From Burkholderiales bacterium (GTDB taxonomy: Bacteria > Pseudomonadota > Gammaproteobacteria > Burkholderiales > JACQAP01), in the NCBI GenBank assembly GCA_035548375.1, contig DASZTG010000021.1:66965-130964 (forward strand): a DNA stretch of 64,000 nucleotides, in the 5' to 3' direction. The position numbers and the translations under genes were made by a program. Positions within the stretch are counted from its first letter, which is position 1. Each line of letters starts with the position of its first letter. Below the pieces are notes generated by a model that saw only the letters and a list, made by a program, of their open reading frames with translations, was not told the origin of the DNA and did not search any database. Shown here one piece after another: positions 26,689 through 35,714 of the stretch.

Positions 26689-26827
26689 GCAGGCGAACGA
26701 AATACGCCAGTGCTGTCGTGTCCCTACGACAGGCGGCCCCGGCCGGCGCATGGATTTGTCATGAATATGAGCCAGATAGCGCATCCGGCCCGCTCCTTGC
26801 GTAATGAAGGGTACGTCTCGTTGACGG

Positions 26828-27145
26828 TTGCCTGCCATGACGCGCGAACTTGCCAATTCCGAACTGACGCCCGCTGACGTTCCATCGTTCAAGGAAAGCT
26901 GGGGGAGGATAGAACCCTTTGCCCTGACGTTCGACGGCTTTCGCTATTGGGGCTCTGTCGAGAAATGCGCGGAAGTCGCGCAGGACAAGAGCCCCGGTTC
27001 CCTGACCGAACTGCGCACCTGCCTGTTCTACGAGGCGCGACGCTGGAAGCTCGAGGGAAAGTCGCCGGACGTGAAGTCGATGCGGTTCGTGCGCGCGCTG
27101 GTTTATGCGATACGCGAGAAAGTCAGCAGCGGGGATACCCGCTAG
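26828..27145 (+). CDS. Hypothetical protein
   Basis: 105-aa ORF with no recognisable motif. Its composition is more coding-like than the overlapping antisense frame. Confidence 0.35.
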   Translation: MPAMTRELANSELTPADVPSFKESWGRIEPFALTFDGFRYWGSVEKCAEVAQDKSPGSLTELRTCLFYEARRWKLEGKSPDVKSMRFVRALVYAIREKVSSGDTR

Positions 27146-27153
27146 GCCGCGAT

Positions 27154-27642
27154 CTAGCCGCGCTTGAACTGCGCCCTGCGCTTGATGCCCCCGCCGTAGG
27201 CGGCCCGGCTGGGCAGGCGGTACGACGGTTTTTTCTCCGGCAGCCTGGCAGGCTTCTCTTCTTCTTCGCCATCCTCTTCCGCGGTGCCTTCTTCCGCCAG
27301 CAAGGTTTCGCCGCCCGGCTCCGCGCTCTCCACCGCATCCGTCAATTCCGGCGGCTCGGGTGGCTGCGCGCGCTCGGGCGCGGGCGGCTTCGGCTCCTGC
27401 GGCCGGCGCGTGGTGAACACGACCTTGTCCGGCCGGATTTCCATGTCCAGGTTGGCGGGCATGCCCGGCGCAATGCTCTTGCACCAGGATTCGAGAGGGC
27501 GGCCGCTGCTTAGCTTGCCGTCCGTGAACCCCATGTCGATGAAAAAATGCTCTTCGATCATGTCGGGTTCGGGGGCGGGCCGGCGGGCACGGGCGGCAAA
27601 CCAGCCGCGGTAGTAGGCGTTACGAAATTCGAGGATTGCCAT
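27154..27642 (-). CDS. Hypothetical protein with Pro/Glu-rich and basic C-terminal tail
   Basis: 162 aa counted from the internal Met (MAILEFRNAYYRGW...). The longer ORF (to 28092) runs antisense through the pirin gene and is rejected. Confidence 0.4.
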   Translation of the reverse strand: MAILEFRNAYYRGWFAARARRPAPEPDMIEEHFFIDMGFTDGKLSSGRPLESWCKSIAPGMPANLDMEIRPDKVVFTTRRPQEPKPPAPERAQPPEPPELTDAVESAEPGGETLLAEEGTAEEDGEEEEKPARLPEKKPSYRLPSRAAYGGGIKRRAQFKRG

Positions 27643-27789
27643 GAAAGGGTGCGAGGCAGGGGATTCCCCCGATATTTCGGCGCGATGGCCGCAAGCTTTA
27701 GTGCCTACATTGCCGTGCGGCTTGAAAATCGGCGTCGGCGGCCCCAGATTGCCGGGCATTGCGGTGAAAAATCCTGCCTGGAGAATTGC

Positions 27790-28632
27790 ATGCGATACGT
27801 AGCCAAGAAAGTCGCCGGCGTGCCGGCAACCGATGGTGCCGGCGTCAAGCTGAAGCGCGTGATCGGCAGTCCCGCGCTGGACATGATCGATCCCTTCCTG
27901 ATGCTGGACGAATTCGGTTCGGACGACCCGGACTCCTGGATTGCCGGGTTTCCCGAGCATCCGCACCGCGGTTTCGAAACCGTCACGGTCATGCTGGACG
28001 GCAGGGTCAGGCACGGGGATTCGGCCGGCAACAAAGGCGTCATCGAGGCGGGCGACGTGCAGTGGATGACGGCCGGCCGCGGCATCATCCATTCCGAGAT
28101 GCCGGAGCGCGCCGAAGGCCGGCTGCGCGGATTCCAGCTATGGGTGAACCTGCCAGGCAAGCTCAAGATGATCGCGCCGCGCTACCAGGACGTGCGCTCC
28201 GGGCGCATCCAATCGGTGACGCGCAACGGCGTGACCTTGCGCGTGATCGCGGGTGAAGCCTTCGGCGTGAAAGGCGCGGCCGAAACCTTGATGCCGGTGC
28301 GCCTGCTCGATGTTTCCATCGAGGCCAATGCGGCTTTCGAGATCGACGTGCCGGACGAGCACGCCTGCTTCGTATATGCCTACGAGGGTGATGTGCGCGG
28401 CACGGATCGCGACGGCAGGCCGCTGGACGTCGTAGCAGGTTCCGCCGCCGTCCTGGCCGGTAGCGGCGAGGTCAGGCTGGAAGCGGGCGAGAAGGGCGCG
28501 AAGCTGCTGTTCGCCGACGGCAAGCCGATTCGCGAGCCGGTCGCGCGCTATGGCCCGTTCGTCATGAATACGCGCGATGAGCTGCAGCGCGCGTTCGAGG
28601 ATTATTCGCGCGGGGAACTGGTCGGGGCGTGA
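27790..28632 (+). CDS. Pirin family protein
   Basis: DPFLMLDEFGSDDP..GFPEHPHRGFETVTVMLDG..HGDSAGN..WMTAGRGIIHSE is the canonical pirin cupin motif set. Confidence 0.9.
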   Translation: MRYVAKKVAGVPATDGAGVKLKRVIGSPALDMIDPFLMLDEFGSDDPDSWIAGFPEHPHRGFETVTVMLDGRVRHGDSAGNKGVIEAGDVQWMTAGRGIIHSEMPERAEGRLRGFQLWVNLPGKLKMIAPRYQDVRSGRIQSVTRNGVTLRVIAGEAFGVKGAAETLMPVRLLDVSIEANAAFEIDVPDEHACFVYAYEGDVRGTDRDGRPLDVVAGSAAVLAGSGEVRLEAGEKGAKLLFADGKPIREPVARYGPFVMNTRDELQRAFEDYSRGELVGA

Positions 28633-28669
28633 GGCGGCGCGTATGCTGGGTGCACGCGAAGGAGGTGCC

Positions 28670-29155
28670 ATGAAACCAATTGCCAAGACCGCCACCACGA
28701 TATCCCTGGCGAAAACGTCCGCGGCGAAAGCCATACGGAGGCTGTCGCTGCCGTTGTTGCTCGTCGCGGCCACGCATGCCTGGGCCGCGGCCGACACGCA
28801 GGAGGATCGCATCGCCGCCGCGCACCGCTATCTCGAGGTCGCGCAGATGGGCAAGATCATGGACGATGCCCAGGCCGAGATGGCGAAGTCGCTGCCGCCC
28901 GAGCAGCAGCAGAAGTTCCTGGATTTTATGCGCCAGGCCGTGCGTCTGGACGTGCTGGAAAAGGCCGCGATGGACAGCATGGTCAAGATCTTCACGGCCG
29001 ACGAAATGAACGCGCTGGCGGATTTCTTCAGCTCCCCCGCCGGCAAATCGGCGATGGGCAAGTTCGGGCTGTACATGGCCGACGTCATGCCCATCATCCA
29101 GCAGGAAATCTTCCGCGCGGTGCAGACCATGGCAACGGAGCAGGGCAAGCGGTAA
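28670..29155 (+). CDS. DUF2059-like secreted protein
   Basis: ATG is preceded by GGAGG. Signal peptide LLLVAATHAWA. The motif TADEMNALADFFSSPAGKSAMGKF is typical of DUF2059. Confidence 0.7.
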   Translation: MKPIAKTATTISLAKTSAAKAIRRLSLPLLLVAATHAWAAADTQEDRIAAAHRYLEVAQMGKIMDDAQAEMAKSLPPEQQQKFLDFMRQAVRLDVLEKAAMDSMVKIFTADEMNALADFFSSPAGKSAMGKFGLYMADVMPIIQQEIFRAVQTMATEQGKR

Positions 29156-29173
29156 CGCCGGCGACAACGCCAG

Positions 29174-29203
29174 GGGCGGCATTCTTGCCGCCCTTTTTCA
29201 TTT
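29174..29203 (+). terminator. Rho-independent terminator
   Basis: Stem GGGCGGCA / TGCCGCCC with loop TTCT, followed by TTTTTCATTT. Confidence 0.75.
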
Positions 29204-29278
29204 GGGCTCCGCATTTCCCGGTTCGCAGCCACCCGCGAATGTGCAAGAATCAGCGCACTTTTCGGGGGAGATCAAGAC

Positions 29279-30259
29279 ATGAAGACAACCATCCCGGCAG
29301 CGGTCGCGGCGGGACTTTTCTGCGCAGGATTGCCGGCATTCGCGGATGGCCCGGACGATCTCTGGGAAATCACCATGAAGATGGAGATGGCCGGCATGCC
29401 TTCCATGCCGGAGCGGACTTCCAAGGTCTGCCAGCGCAAGGGCAATCCCGATCCCTCGAAAATGAGCGACAAGGACAGCGATTGCCAGACCACCGACAAG
29501 AAGCAAACCGGCAACAAGGCCTCGTGGAAATTCAGCTGCACCAAGCCGCAGCCCATGACCGGCAGCGGCGAGGTGACCTACGGCGACGGCTCTTACCAGG
29601 GCATCATGAAAATGAAGTCCGACAAGATGGACGTTACGCAGACGTTTTCCGGCAAGAAGGTCGGCACCTGCGCCTATGAAGACCCGATGAAGAAAGTCGA
29701 GCAGATGCAGGCGCAGAACAAGGCGATGATGGCCAAGGAGTGCGACAAGCAGATCGAGCAGTTGAACCCGATGATGGTGTTCGGCGGGCACGACCTTCCC
29801 GAAAGCGCGCTCCTTTGCAAGGACCGCAAGGCGGACTTCTGCGCGCAGACCGGCAAGGTCACGCAGTCGATGAAGGATCCCGCGGGCTATGCCGGTGCCA
29901 CCAAGAAGTATCCGGGCTGGCGCGAGGCCATGAAGGCCTGCGGCAGCGATCCCGCCACGGTCAGCGGCCCCGTTTGCAAGGTTGCGGTCGACAAGAAGGA
30001 TTGGCCGTTCGTCGGCGAGAACTGCCCGGACGAGGGCCGCGCCGTGGCGCTGCAGAACTGCACCGGCATGGACTATACGGCGATGATGTCCTCGCCGTAT
30101 CGCGAGGTCTGCCAGAAGTACGGTGCCGACCTCGCCAAGAAAAAAGTGGCGGACGACAAGGCTGCGCAACCCGCCGCAGCGCCGAAGTCGGACAAGGACA
30201 AGGCCGTCGATGCCGTCAAGGACGGCGCAAACAAGCTCAAGAGCCTGCTGAAATTCTAA
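29279..30259 (+). CDS. DUF3617-like secreted protein with Cys-rich C-terminal extension
   Basis: 326 aa with a signal peptide ending AFA. GPDDLWEITMKMEMAGMP...WKFSCTKP...GSGEVTYGDGSYQGIMKM matches the DUF3617 pattern. The extra ~180 aa are Lys/Cys-rich. Confidence 0.65.
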   Translation: MKTTIPAAVAAGLFCAGLPAFADGPDDLWEITMKMEMAGMPSMPERTSKVCQRKGNPDPSKMSDKDSDCQTTDKKQTGNKASWKFSCTKPQPMTGSGEVTYGDGSYQGIMKMKSDKMDVTQTFSGKKVGTCAYEDPMKKVEQMQAQNKAMMAKECDKQIEQLNPMMVFGGHDLPESALLCKDRKADFCAQTGKVTQSMKDPAGYAGATKKYPGWREAMKACGSDPATVSGPVCKVAVDKKDWPFVGENCPDEGRAVALQNCTGMDYTAMMSSPYREVCQKYGADLAKKKVADDKAAQPAAAPKSDKDKAVDAVKDGANKLKSLLKF

Positions 30260-30274
30260 AGCCTACGGATCAGA

Positions 30275-30482
30275 TTTCACCACGGAGAACACGGAGAGAC
30301 ACGAAGAAAGGCCAAAGACAATACTGGAGATATTCTTCGCTGACGAAGTTTCCGGTTCCAAAATATTCGCGTCCAACGTCATATTCGCCAATTTTTATTC
30401 CGATCCTTCGTTTTTCTCTGTGTATCTCCGTGTTCTCCGTGTGCCCCTCAAGGGGGCATTAAAGTGAATCTCCGTGGTGAAA
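30275..30482. repeat. Composite inverted-repeat intergenic element, copy E (CGGAG type, 28-nt module in opposite orientation)
   Basis: TTTCACCACGGAG (30275-30287) opposes CTCCGTGGTGAAA (30470-30482). The module TGCCCCTCAAGGGGGCATTAAAGTGAAT lies at 30442-30469. Confidence 0.8.
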
Positions 30483-31292
30483 AGTAGACTTGTCATTGCG
30501 ATAGCGGCCGCCGTCGCAATAGCGTTACCGGCATATGCGGAGCAAGTGCCGGATCGTTTTCCGCAAATCGCAGATGCCTACCTGGTCCAGATCGGCGATC
30601 GTGACCTCTGGGCGCGCGGCGCGGATGAGCGCCTGCCGCCGGCCAGCCTGACGAAAATCATGACGGCGCTGCTGGTGATCGAAGACTACCAGCCCGATCG
30701 CGTTGTGGTCGTCAGCGAAAAGGCGGCACGCGCAAGCGGCGCCTTAAAGATTCGCGCCGGAGAGCAATTCACCATCGAAGCTTTGCTGACCGCGACCCTG
30801 GTCGCCTCCGCCAACAACGCCTGCACGGCGCTCGCGGAATCCGCGGCCGGCAGCGTTGCGGCATTCGTCGCAAAAATGAACGCCCGCGCAATCGCGCTCG
30901 GCCTGGCCAACACGCATTTCGCCAATCCCTGCGGTTTCGATGCGTCCGATCACTATTCGAGCGCGCGCGATCTTGCCCGGGTCACGCACACCGCGCTTGC
31001 GCACCCGGAATTCGCCGCAATCGTGGCGAAGCCCGAGGCGGCGATCGCCACGACCGACGGCAAGCGCCAATACCGCTTCCGCAACCGGAACGCATTGATC
31101 GGCAACTACGCGCCGGCGATCGGCGTGAAGACGGGTTACACGGCGAAGGCGGGTACCTGCCTGATCGCGCTGGCGCGCGAGGGCGATGCGGATGTGCTTC
31201 TCGTCATGCTGAACGCGAAGCGCCGCTGGTGGGATGCCATCGGGGTCATCGAAAACGCGTTCGAAGTATCCGCCGCCCATGCTGCGAAGTGA
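30474..31292 (+). CDS. D-alanyl-D-alanine carboxypeptidase (S11, PBP5/6-like)
   Basis: 272 aa with a signal peptide ending AYA. The active site is PPASLTKIMT (SxxK). The GTG start lies inside the right arm of repeat E. Confidence 0.85.
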   Translation: MVKSRLVIAIAAAVAIALPAYAEQVPDRFPQIADAYLVQIGDRDLWARGADERLPPASLTKIMTALLVIEDYQPDRVVVVSEKAARASGALKIRAGEQFTIEALLTATLVASANNACTALAESAAGSVAAFVAKMNARAIALGLANTHFANPCGFDASDHYSSARDLARVTHTALAHPEFAAIVAKPEAAIATTDGKRQYRFRNRNALIGNYAPAIGVKTGYTAKAGTCLIALAREGDADVLLVMLNAKRRWWDAIGVIENAFEVSAAHAAK

Positions 31293-32643
31293 CACGACCG
31301 CCGTCGCGGCGCTGGTCGTCGCCGTGCTGCTGGCGTATTTCAACGCGCTTGGCGCCGCCTTCCAGTTCGACGATATCAATGTCATCGTCGATAACCTCGC
31401 AGTGCACTCCTTCGCGGCCTGGTCGGATTCGATGCCCGGCATACGGCCGCTGCTGAAATTTTCCTATGCGCTGAACTGGACGCTGCACGATTCGCCGTTC
31501 GGGTTTCATCTTTTCAACGTCGCGTTGCATGCGGTCAACACCGTCCTGGTCTATCGCCTGCTGCAGTCGCTATCCCGCGCGCAGTCGCTGGCACCCGAGG
31601 CGAACTGGTGCCGGGCACCGCTCATCGGCGCAATGCTGTTCGCGCTGCATCCGGTGCAGACCGAGGCGGTGACTTATATATCCGGCCGCTCGGTGTCGCT
31701 GATGGCGTTGTTCTACCTCGGCAGTGCATTGGCGTGGATGCGCGTGGGCCACGACGAAGCGGGTCGATCATGGCGATTGTTCTCCGCTTTGCTATTTGGC
31801 CTGGCGTTGCTGGTGAAGGAAACGGCCGTTACCTTGCCCCTTGCGTTGCTTTTGCTGGATGCGTGGGCCTTGCACGAGCCGGGCGACTTGCGCCAGCGGC
31901 TGTTGCGCCTGCGCTGGCATTTCCTGGTGCTGGCGTTTTCCGTCGGCGTGATGCTCGCGAGCACGACCTACCGGCATCTGCTCGATGTCAGCTTGTCCGC
32001 GCGCGGCATGCTGGACAACCTGCTGACCCAGGTGAACGCGGTGTGCTGGCTGGCGCGGCAGATCATCATGCCGTGGAATCTGAACGCGGACCCCGACCTG
32101 CCGGTCATTACTGCGATGTCGCTGCCGCTGCTGCTGCAAGTGATCGTCGTGGCGGGAATCCTGTATGCCGGATTTCGCGGCATTCGCAGCCGGCGCTGGC
32201 TGGCGTTCGCGGTCCTGTGGCTTTTCCTCCACCTGCTGCCGACGAATTCTTTGCTGCCAAGGCTAGACGTTGCGAACGATCGCCAGCTCTATCTCGCGCT
32301 CATCGGCGGTTTCTTCGTGATCGGTCTGGGAGTGGAGGCGCTGGCAACGCGGTTTCGACGCCCGCAATGGCTTGTCGGCGTTGCGCTGGCACTGCTGCTC
32401 GCGCTTGGCATCGGCACGTTCCAGCGCAACGAGACCTATGCTTCGCCGATTGCCTTCTGGGAGGACGCGCTGGCGAAATCGCCGCGCAAGGCGCGGGTGG
32501 CCAACAATCTCGGCTATGCCTACCAGCAGGCCGGCCGGCTTGCTGAAGCGAAACTCGCCTACCAGCAAGCCATCGCTGCGGACCCGGACTACTGGCGGGC
32601 CCGCATCAACCTCGAAGCGCTGGAAGCGGCGGAGAAGCGCTGA
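31279..32643 (+). CDS. Polytopic membrane protein with C-terminal TPR repeats (TMTC/PMT-like glycosyltransferase family candidate)
   Basis: The N-terminus has about 9-10 TM segments (FQFDDINVIVDN.. is typical of TPR-membrane proteins). The C-terminus reads NNLGYAYQQAGRLAEAKLAYQQAIAADPDYWRARINL (TPR). Confidence 0.65.
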   Translation: MLRSDTTAVAALVVAVLLAYFNALGAAFQFDDINVIVDNLAVHSFAAWSDSMPGIRPLLKFSYALNWTLHDSPFGFHLFNVALHAVNTVLVYRLLQSLSRAQSLAPEANWCRAPLIGAMLFALHPVQTEAVTYISGRSVSLMALFYLGSALAWMRVGHDEAGRSWRLFSALLFGLALLVKETAVTLPLALLLLDAWALHEPGDLRQRLLRLRWHFLVLAFSVGVMLASTTYRHLLDVSLSARGMLDNLLTQVNAVCWLARQIIMPWNLNADPDLPVITAMSLPLLLQVIVVAGILYAGFRGIRSRRWLAFAVLWLFLHLLPTNSLLPRLDVANDRQLYLALIGGFFVIGLGVEALATRFRRPQWLVGVALALLLALGIGTFQRNETYASPIAFWEDALAKSPRKARVANNLGYAYQQAGRLAEAKLAYQQAIAADPDYWRARINLEALEAAEKR

Positions 32644-32667
32644 CCGGTACGGCTTTGATGACAACGC

Positions 32668-33981
32668 CTAGGCTGACGCGGCCTGTCCTTCCGGGTTGAC
32701 CCGCGCAACCTGGCGGCCCACGATCAGCGCGACGATGGCGCCGATCAGCAAGCAGGTCGCGAGGAAAGTCAGCCCGGCCTTGAAACCGCCGGCGTTGTCC
32801 TTCAGCCAGCCCACGGCGAACGGGCCAATGAAGCCGCCGAGGTTGCCCACGGAATTGATGAATGCGATGCCGCCGGCAGCGGCGACGCCCGTCAGATAGC
32901 CGGTCGGCATCGCCCAGAACGTCGGCTGCGAGCAATACATGCCGATCGCCACCACCGTCATGCAAGTCATTGCCAGCACCGGGGATTCGACGCCGGCATA
33001 GGCGCTGCACAGCATGGCGATGCCGGCAAGTCCGAGTGCACCGGCGCAGTGGAAGGTGCGCTCGCCGGTCTTGTCCGAGTGCCGCGACCACAGCACCATG
33101 CAGATCGTCGCGATCAGGTACGGGATAGCCATGACCAGGCCGATGTCGAGCTTGTCCTTCACGCCCATGGCATTGATGAGCTGTGGCATCCACAGGCTCA
33201 GGCCATAAATGCCGATGGCAAGCGACGTATAGACCACCGCGAACATCAGGATCTTCGGGTGCCCGATCGTCTGCCAGAGCGACAGGTGCTTCGTTTCGAC
33301 GCGCGCCGCGGCCTCACGCTCGAGCGTGGTCTTGAGGTATGCCTTCTCGGCGTCGGTCAGCCACTTCGCGTTTTCCGGCTTGTCGATGACGGCCTTCAGC
33401 GTGATGAACCCGAGGACGACGGAGGGGATGCCTTCGATGATGAACAGCCAGCGCCAGCCCGGATAGCCGAGCGTGCCGTCGAAGTATTTGAGGATCAAGC
33501 CGCCGAGCGGCGCCGCGATGGTGTTGTTCAGCGGGCTGATGATCAGGAACAGGCCGAAGATGCGGCCGCGGTACTCGGCAGGGAACCAGAGTGTCAGGTA
33601 GTAGATCACGCCCGGGAAGAACCCTGCTTCCGCCACGCCGAGCAGGAAGCGCGTGACGAAGAAGCTCACGTCCCCGGTGATGAAGCCCATCGCGACCGCC
33701 ATGATCCCCCAGGTGATCATGATGCGCGCGAACCAGATGCGCGCGCCGATCTTCGACAGGATCATGTTGCTGGGCACCTCGCCGATGAAGTAGCCGATGA
33801 AGAACAGGCCCGCGCCCCAGCCGAACACGGTCGCCGTGAATCCCAGTTCGGCGTTCATGGTCAGCGCCGCGAGGCCGACGTTCAGGCGGTCGATGATGCA
33901 GATCAGGTAAGTCAGCAGCAGGAAGGGCAATACCTTCCACGCCATCTTGCGCACCAGCGCCTGTTCTTCGGCTTTCGTCAT
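32668..33981 (-). CDS. MFS transporter, anion:cation symporter (ACS) family
   Basis: 437 aa with 12 TM segments. ICIIDRLNVGLAALTM...GYFIGEVPSNMILSKIGAR is typical of the ACS family (tartrate/phthalate/galactonate-type). Confidence 0.9.
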   Translation of the reverse strand: MTKAEEQALVRKMAWKVLPFLLLTYLICIIDRLNVGLAALTMNAELGFTATVFGWGAGLFFIGYFIGEVPSNMILSKIGARIWFARIMITWGIMAVAMGFITGDVSFFVTRFLLGVAEAGFFPGVIYYLTLWFPAEYRGRIFGLFLIISPLNNTIAAPLGGLILKYFDGTLGYPGWRWLFIIEGIPSVVLGFITLKAVIDKPENAKWLTDAEKAYLKTTLEREAAARVETKHLSLWQTIGHPKILMFAVVYTSLAIGIYGLSLWMPQLINAMGVKDKLDIGLVMAIPYLIATICMVLWSRHSDKTGERTFHCAGALGLAGIAMLCSAYAGVESPVLAMTCMTVVAIGMYCSQPTFWAMPTGYLTGVAAAGGIAFINSVGNLGGFIGPFAVGWLKDNAGGFKAGLTFLATCLLIGAIVALIVGRQVARVNPEGQAASA

Positions 33982-34017
33982 GGTCCTCTCCCCTGGAAAA
34001 CTATTACCTGATTATTT

Positions 34018-34158
34018 TTACCACGGAGGACACGGAGTAAACACAGAAAAGCATTACGAGAAACGGAGCAGGTGAATCGGGTGTCCAAAAATTTCGACCG
34101 CGTCGACCTGTTCCGTCCTTCTCTTCTCGATGGATGTTCTCCGTGTTCTCCGTGGTTC
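34018..34158. repeat. Composite inverted-repeat intergenic element, copy F (CGGAG type)
   Basis: CCACGGAGGACACGGAG (34021-34037) opposes CTCCGTGTTCTCCGTGG (34139-34155), with one mismatch. Confidence 0.75.
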
Positions 34159-34178
34159 ACGCCTTGGATCTTGGTGTA

Positions 34179-35435
34179 TCAGTTTTTGCTTTCGCTCGAC
34201 GCCCATTTCTTCATGAGCATGTTCGACGGGAAGTGCTCGTCCACCAGCTTGCGCGCGGTTTCCGCGCCTGCAACCGGCAGCCCGGTTTTCTTCGGGTCGA
34301 GCAGGCCGATCTGCACCAGCACCGAAGCCTGGTCCCAGTAGATGTGCTCGTGGTAGAGCTTGTCGCCGCGGAAATTCACGATCGCGACCAGCGGGATCTC
34401 TACGTATTTTCCCGTCGGCGCCACGCCGGGCAGCATCCAGTCGATCTCGATGTCGTGCGTGAAGCAGAACAGCATCTCGTCGACCAGCCGGTCCGAGCCG
34501 ATGGTGCGCGAGATCGGGATCAACTTCGTGTCCTTCGGCGTGGTCGGAATGAAATGATGTTTGTAGAAGCGCTTGAGATGATCGTGCCCCACGCCGCCGG
34601 TGATGGTCGGGATGTGGTTCACGTAGGGCTCGGGCACCATGGTCTTCATGGTGGCGTCGACGTCGCGCGTGCCGAACTCGTGCATCGTATGCGCTTCCCA
34701 CAACGCCGACAGGTCGTAGTGCGGGCCCATGACCCTGCGGAACAGCGCGATGGAACGCGAGTGCGCCATCATCGCGGCGGGACGGTCGAAATGCATGCCG
34801 CCGGTGCGCGCGAACGCGTGGTCCACGCCGGGATAGACATAGATCTCGACGTCGTTGCGGCCCTTGAACGTCTCCTTGATCTGGTCCACCACCGCGGGCG
34901 GCGCGTACTTGTCCTCGGCCGCAAAATGCAGTTGCAGCGGCACCTTGATCTTGCCGGCTTCGTTGAGATATTTCTCGATGGTCACGCCGTAATAGCCGAC
35001 TGCGCAGTCAACACCCGAGCGGGCCGCCGCGAGATAGGCGAGGCGCCCGCCCAGGCAGAATCCCAGCGCGCCGACCTTGCCGGTGTGCTCCGGCCGCGTG
35101 CGCAGGGTCCGTACCGCGGCGGTGATGTCGTCCATGGCCTTGTCGACGTCCAGGCGCTGCAGCAGATCGAAGGCCTTCTTCCACTCGGTTTCCGAGTATC
35201 CAAGGTCGACGTCCTTCTCGAGGCGCCAGAAGAGATCGGGTGCCAGCACCACGTAGCCTTCCTCGGCGTAATACTCGGCGACCTCGCGGATGTATGCGTT
35301 GATGCCGAAGATTTCCTGGCACAACACGATGCCCGGGCCCTTGCCCGATGCCGGGACCGTGAGATAGCCACGGAACTTGCCGCCGTCGGCGGCCTTGATT
35401 TCTATCCACTGCCCCTTCGATGCGGACCCAGCCAT
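34179..35435 (-). CDS. Dienelactone hydrolase (carboxymethylenebutenolidase-like) fused to an NTF2/SnoaL-like domain
   Basis: 418 aa. The N-terminal ~235 aa carry GPGIVLCQEIFGIN..GALGFCLGG..HAF (DLH family). The C-terminal ~180 aa form a separate globular domain of NTF2-like length and pattern. Confidence 0.8.
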   Translation of the reverse strand: MAGSASKGQWIEIKAADGGKFRGYLTVPASGKGPGIVLCQEIFGINAYIREVAEYYAEEGYVVLAPDLFWRLEKDVDLGYSETEWKKAFDLLQRLDVDKAMDDITAAVRTLRTRPEHTGKVGALGFCLGGRLAYLAAARSGVDCAVGYYGVTIEKYLNEAGKIKVPLQLHFAAEDKYAPPAVVDQIKETFKGRNDVEIYVYPGVDHAFARTGGMHFDRPAAMMAHSRSIALFRRVMGPHYDLSALWEAHTMHEFGTRDVDATMKTMVPEPYVNHIPTITGGVGHDHLKRFYKHHFIPTTPKDTKLIPISRTIGSDRLVDEMLFCFTHDIEIDWMLPGVAPTGKYVEIPLVAIVNFRGDKLYHEHIYWDQASVLVQIGLLDPKKTGLPVAGAETARKLVDEHFPSNMLMKKWASSESKN

Positions 35436-35512
35436 GACGCTCTCCAGTTATTGTTCTTGCTGCATCGCAGTGCGCGGCAGCGTGGACAGCGGACCTTTTA
35501 CCGTGGGGAACT

Positions 35513-35569
35513 GCGCCGTGTCAAACCACGGCGCAGAGAATAGCCAGGCGCCGTGTCAAACCACGGCGC
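35513..35569. promoter_or_regulatory. Two copies of a 22-bp perfect palindrome in the divergent DLH / binding-protein promoter region (candidate operator)
   Basis: GCGCCGTGTCAAACCACGGCGC occurs at 35513-35534 and again at 35548-35569. Confidence 0.5.
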
Positions 35570-35714
35570 GGGGGAAATTCCCGTGCGGCGCGAAAGGTGT
35601 GGCGCGGCTTGACAAGCAGGGGCCGCCAACCTAGATTCCCGCCGGTCCTTTCGTCATACAAAACAAGCGCGTCGAATCCTCGATCGCGCCTTCGCATTCA
35701 ACCGGGGGTACCAC

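Noticed and set aside
27547-27789. An 81-codon N-terminal extension of the pirin ORF. Similar extensions occur at 55881-56069 (flavoprotein), 19787-19981 (HExxH protein), 53042-53137 (RidA), 58443-58520 (esterase) and 3601-3669 (barrel protein).
   Set aside because: The extensions overlap neighbouring genes or are Arg-rich non-homologous sequence. Internal ATGs with ribosome-binding sites, stop/start overlaps or proper signal peptides give the family-typical N-termini.
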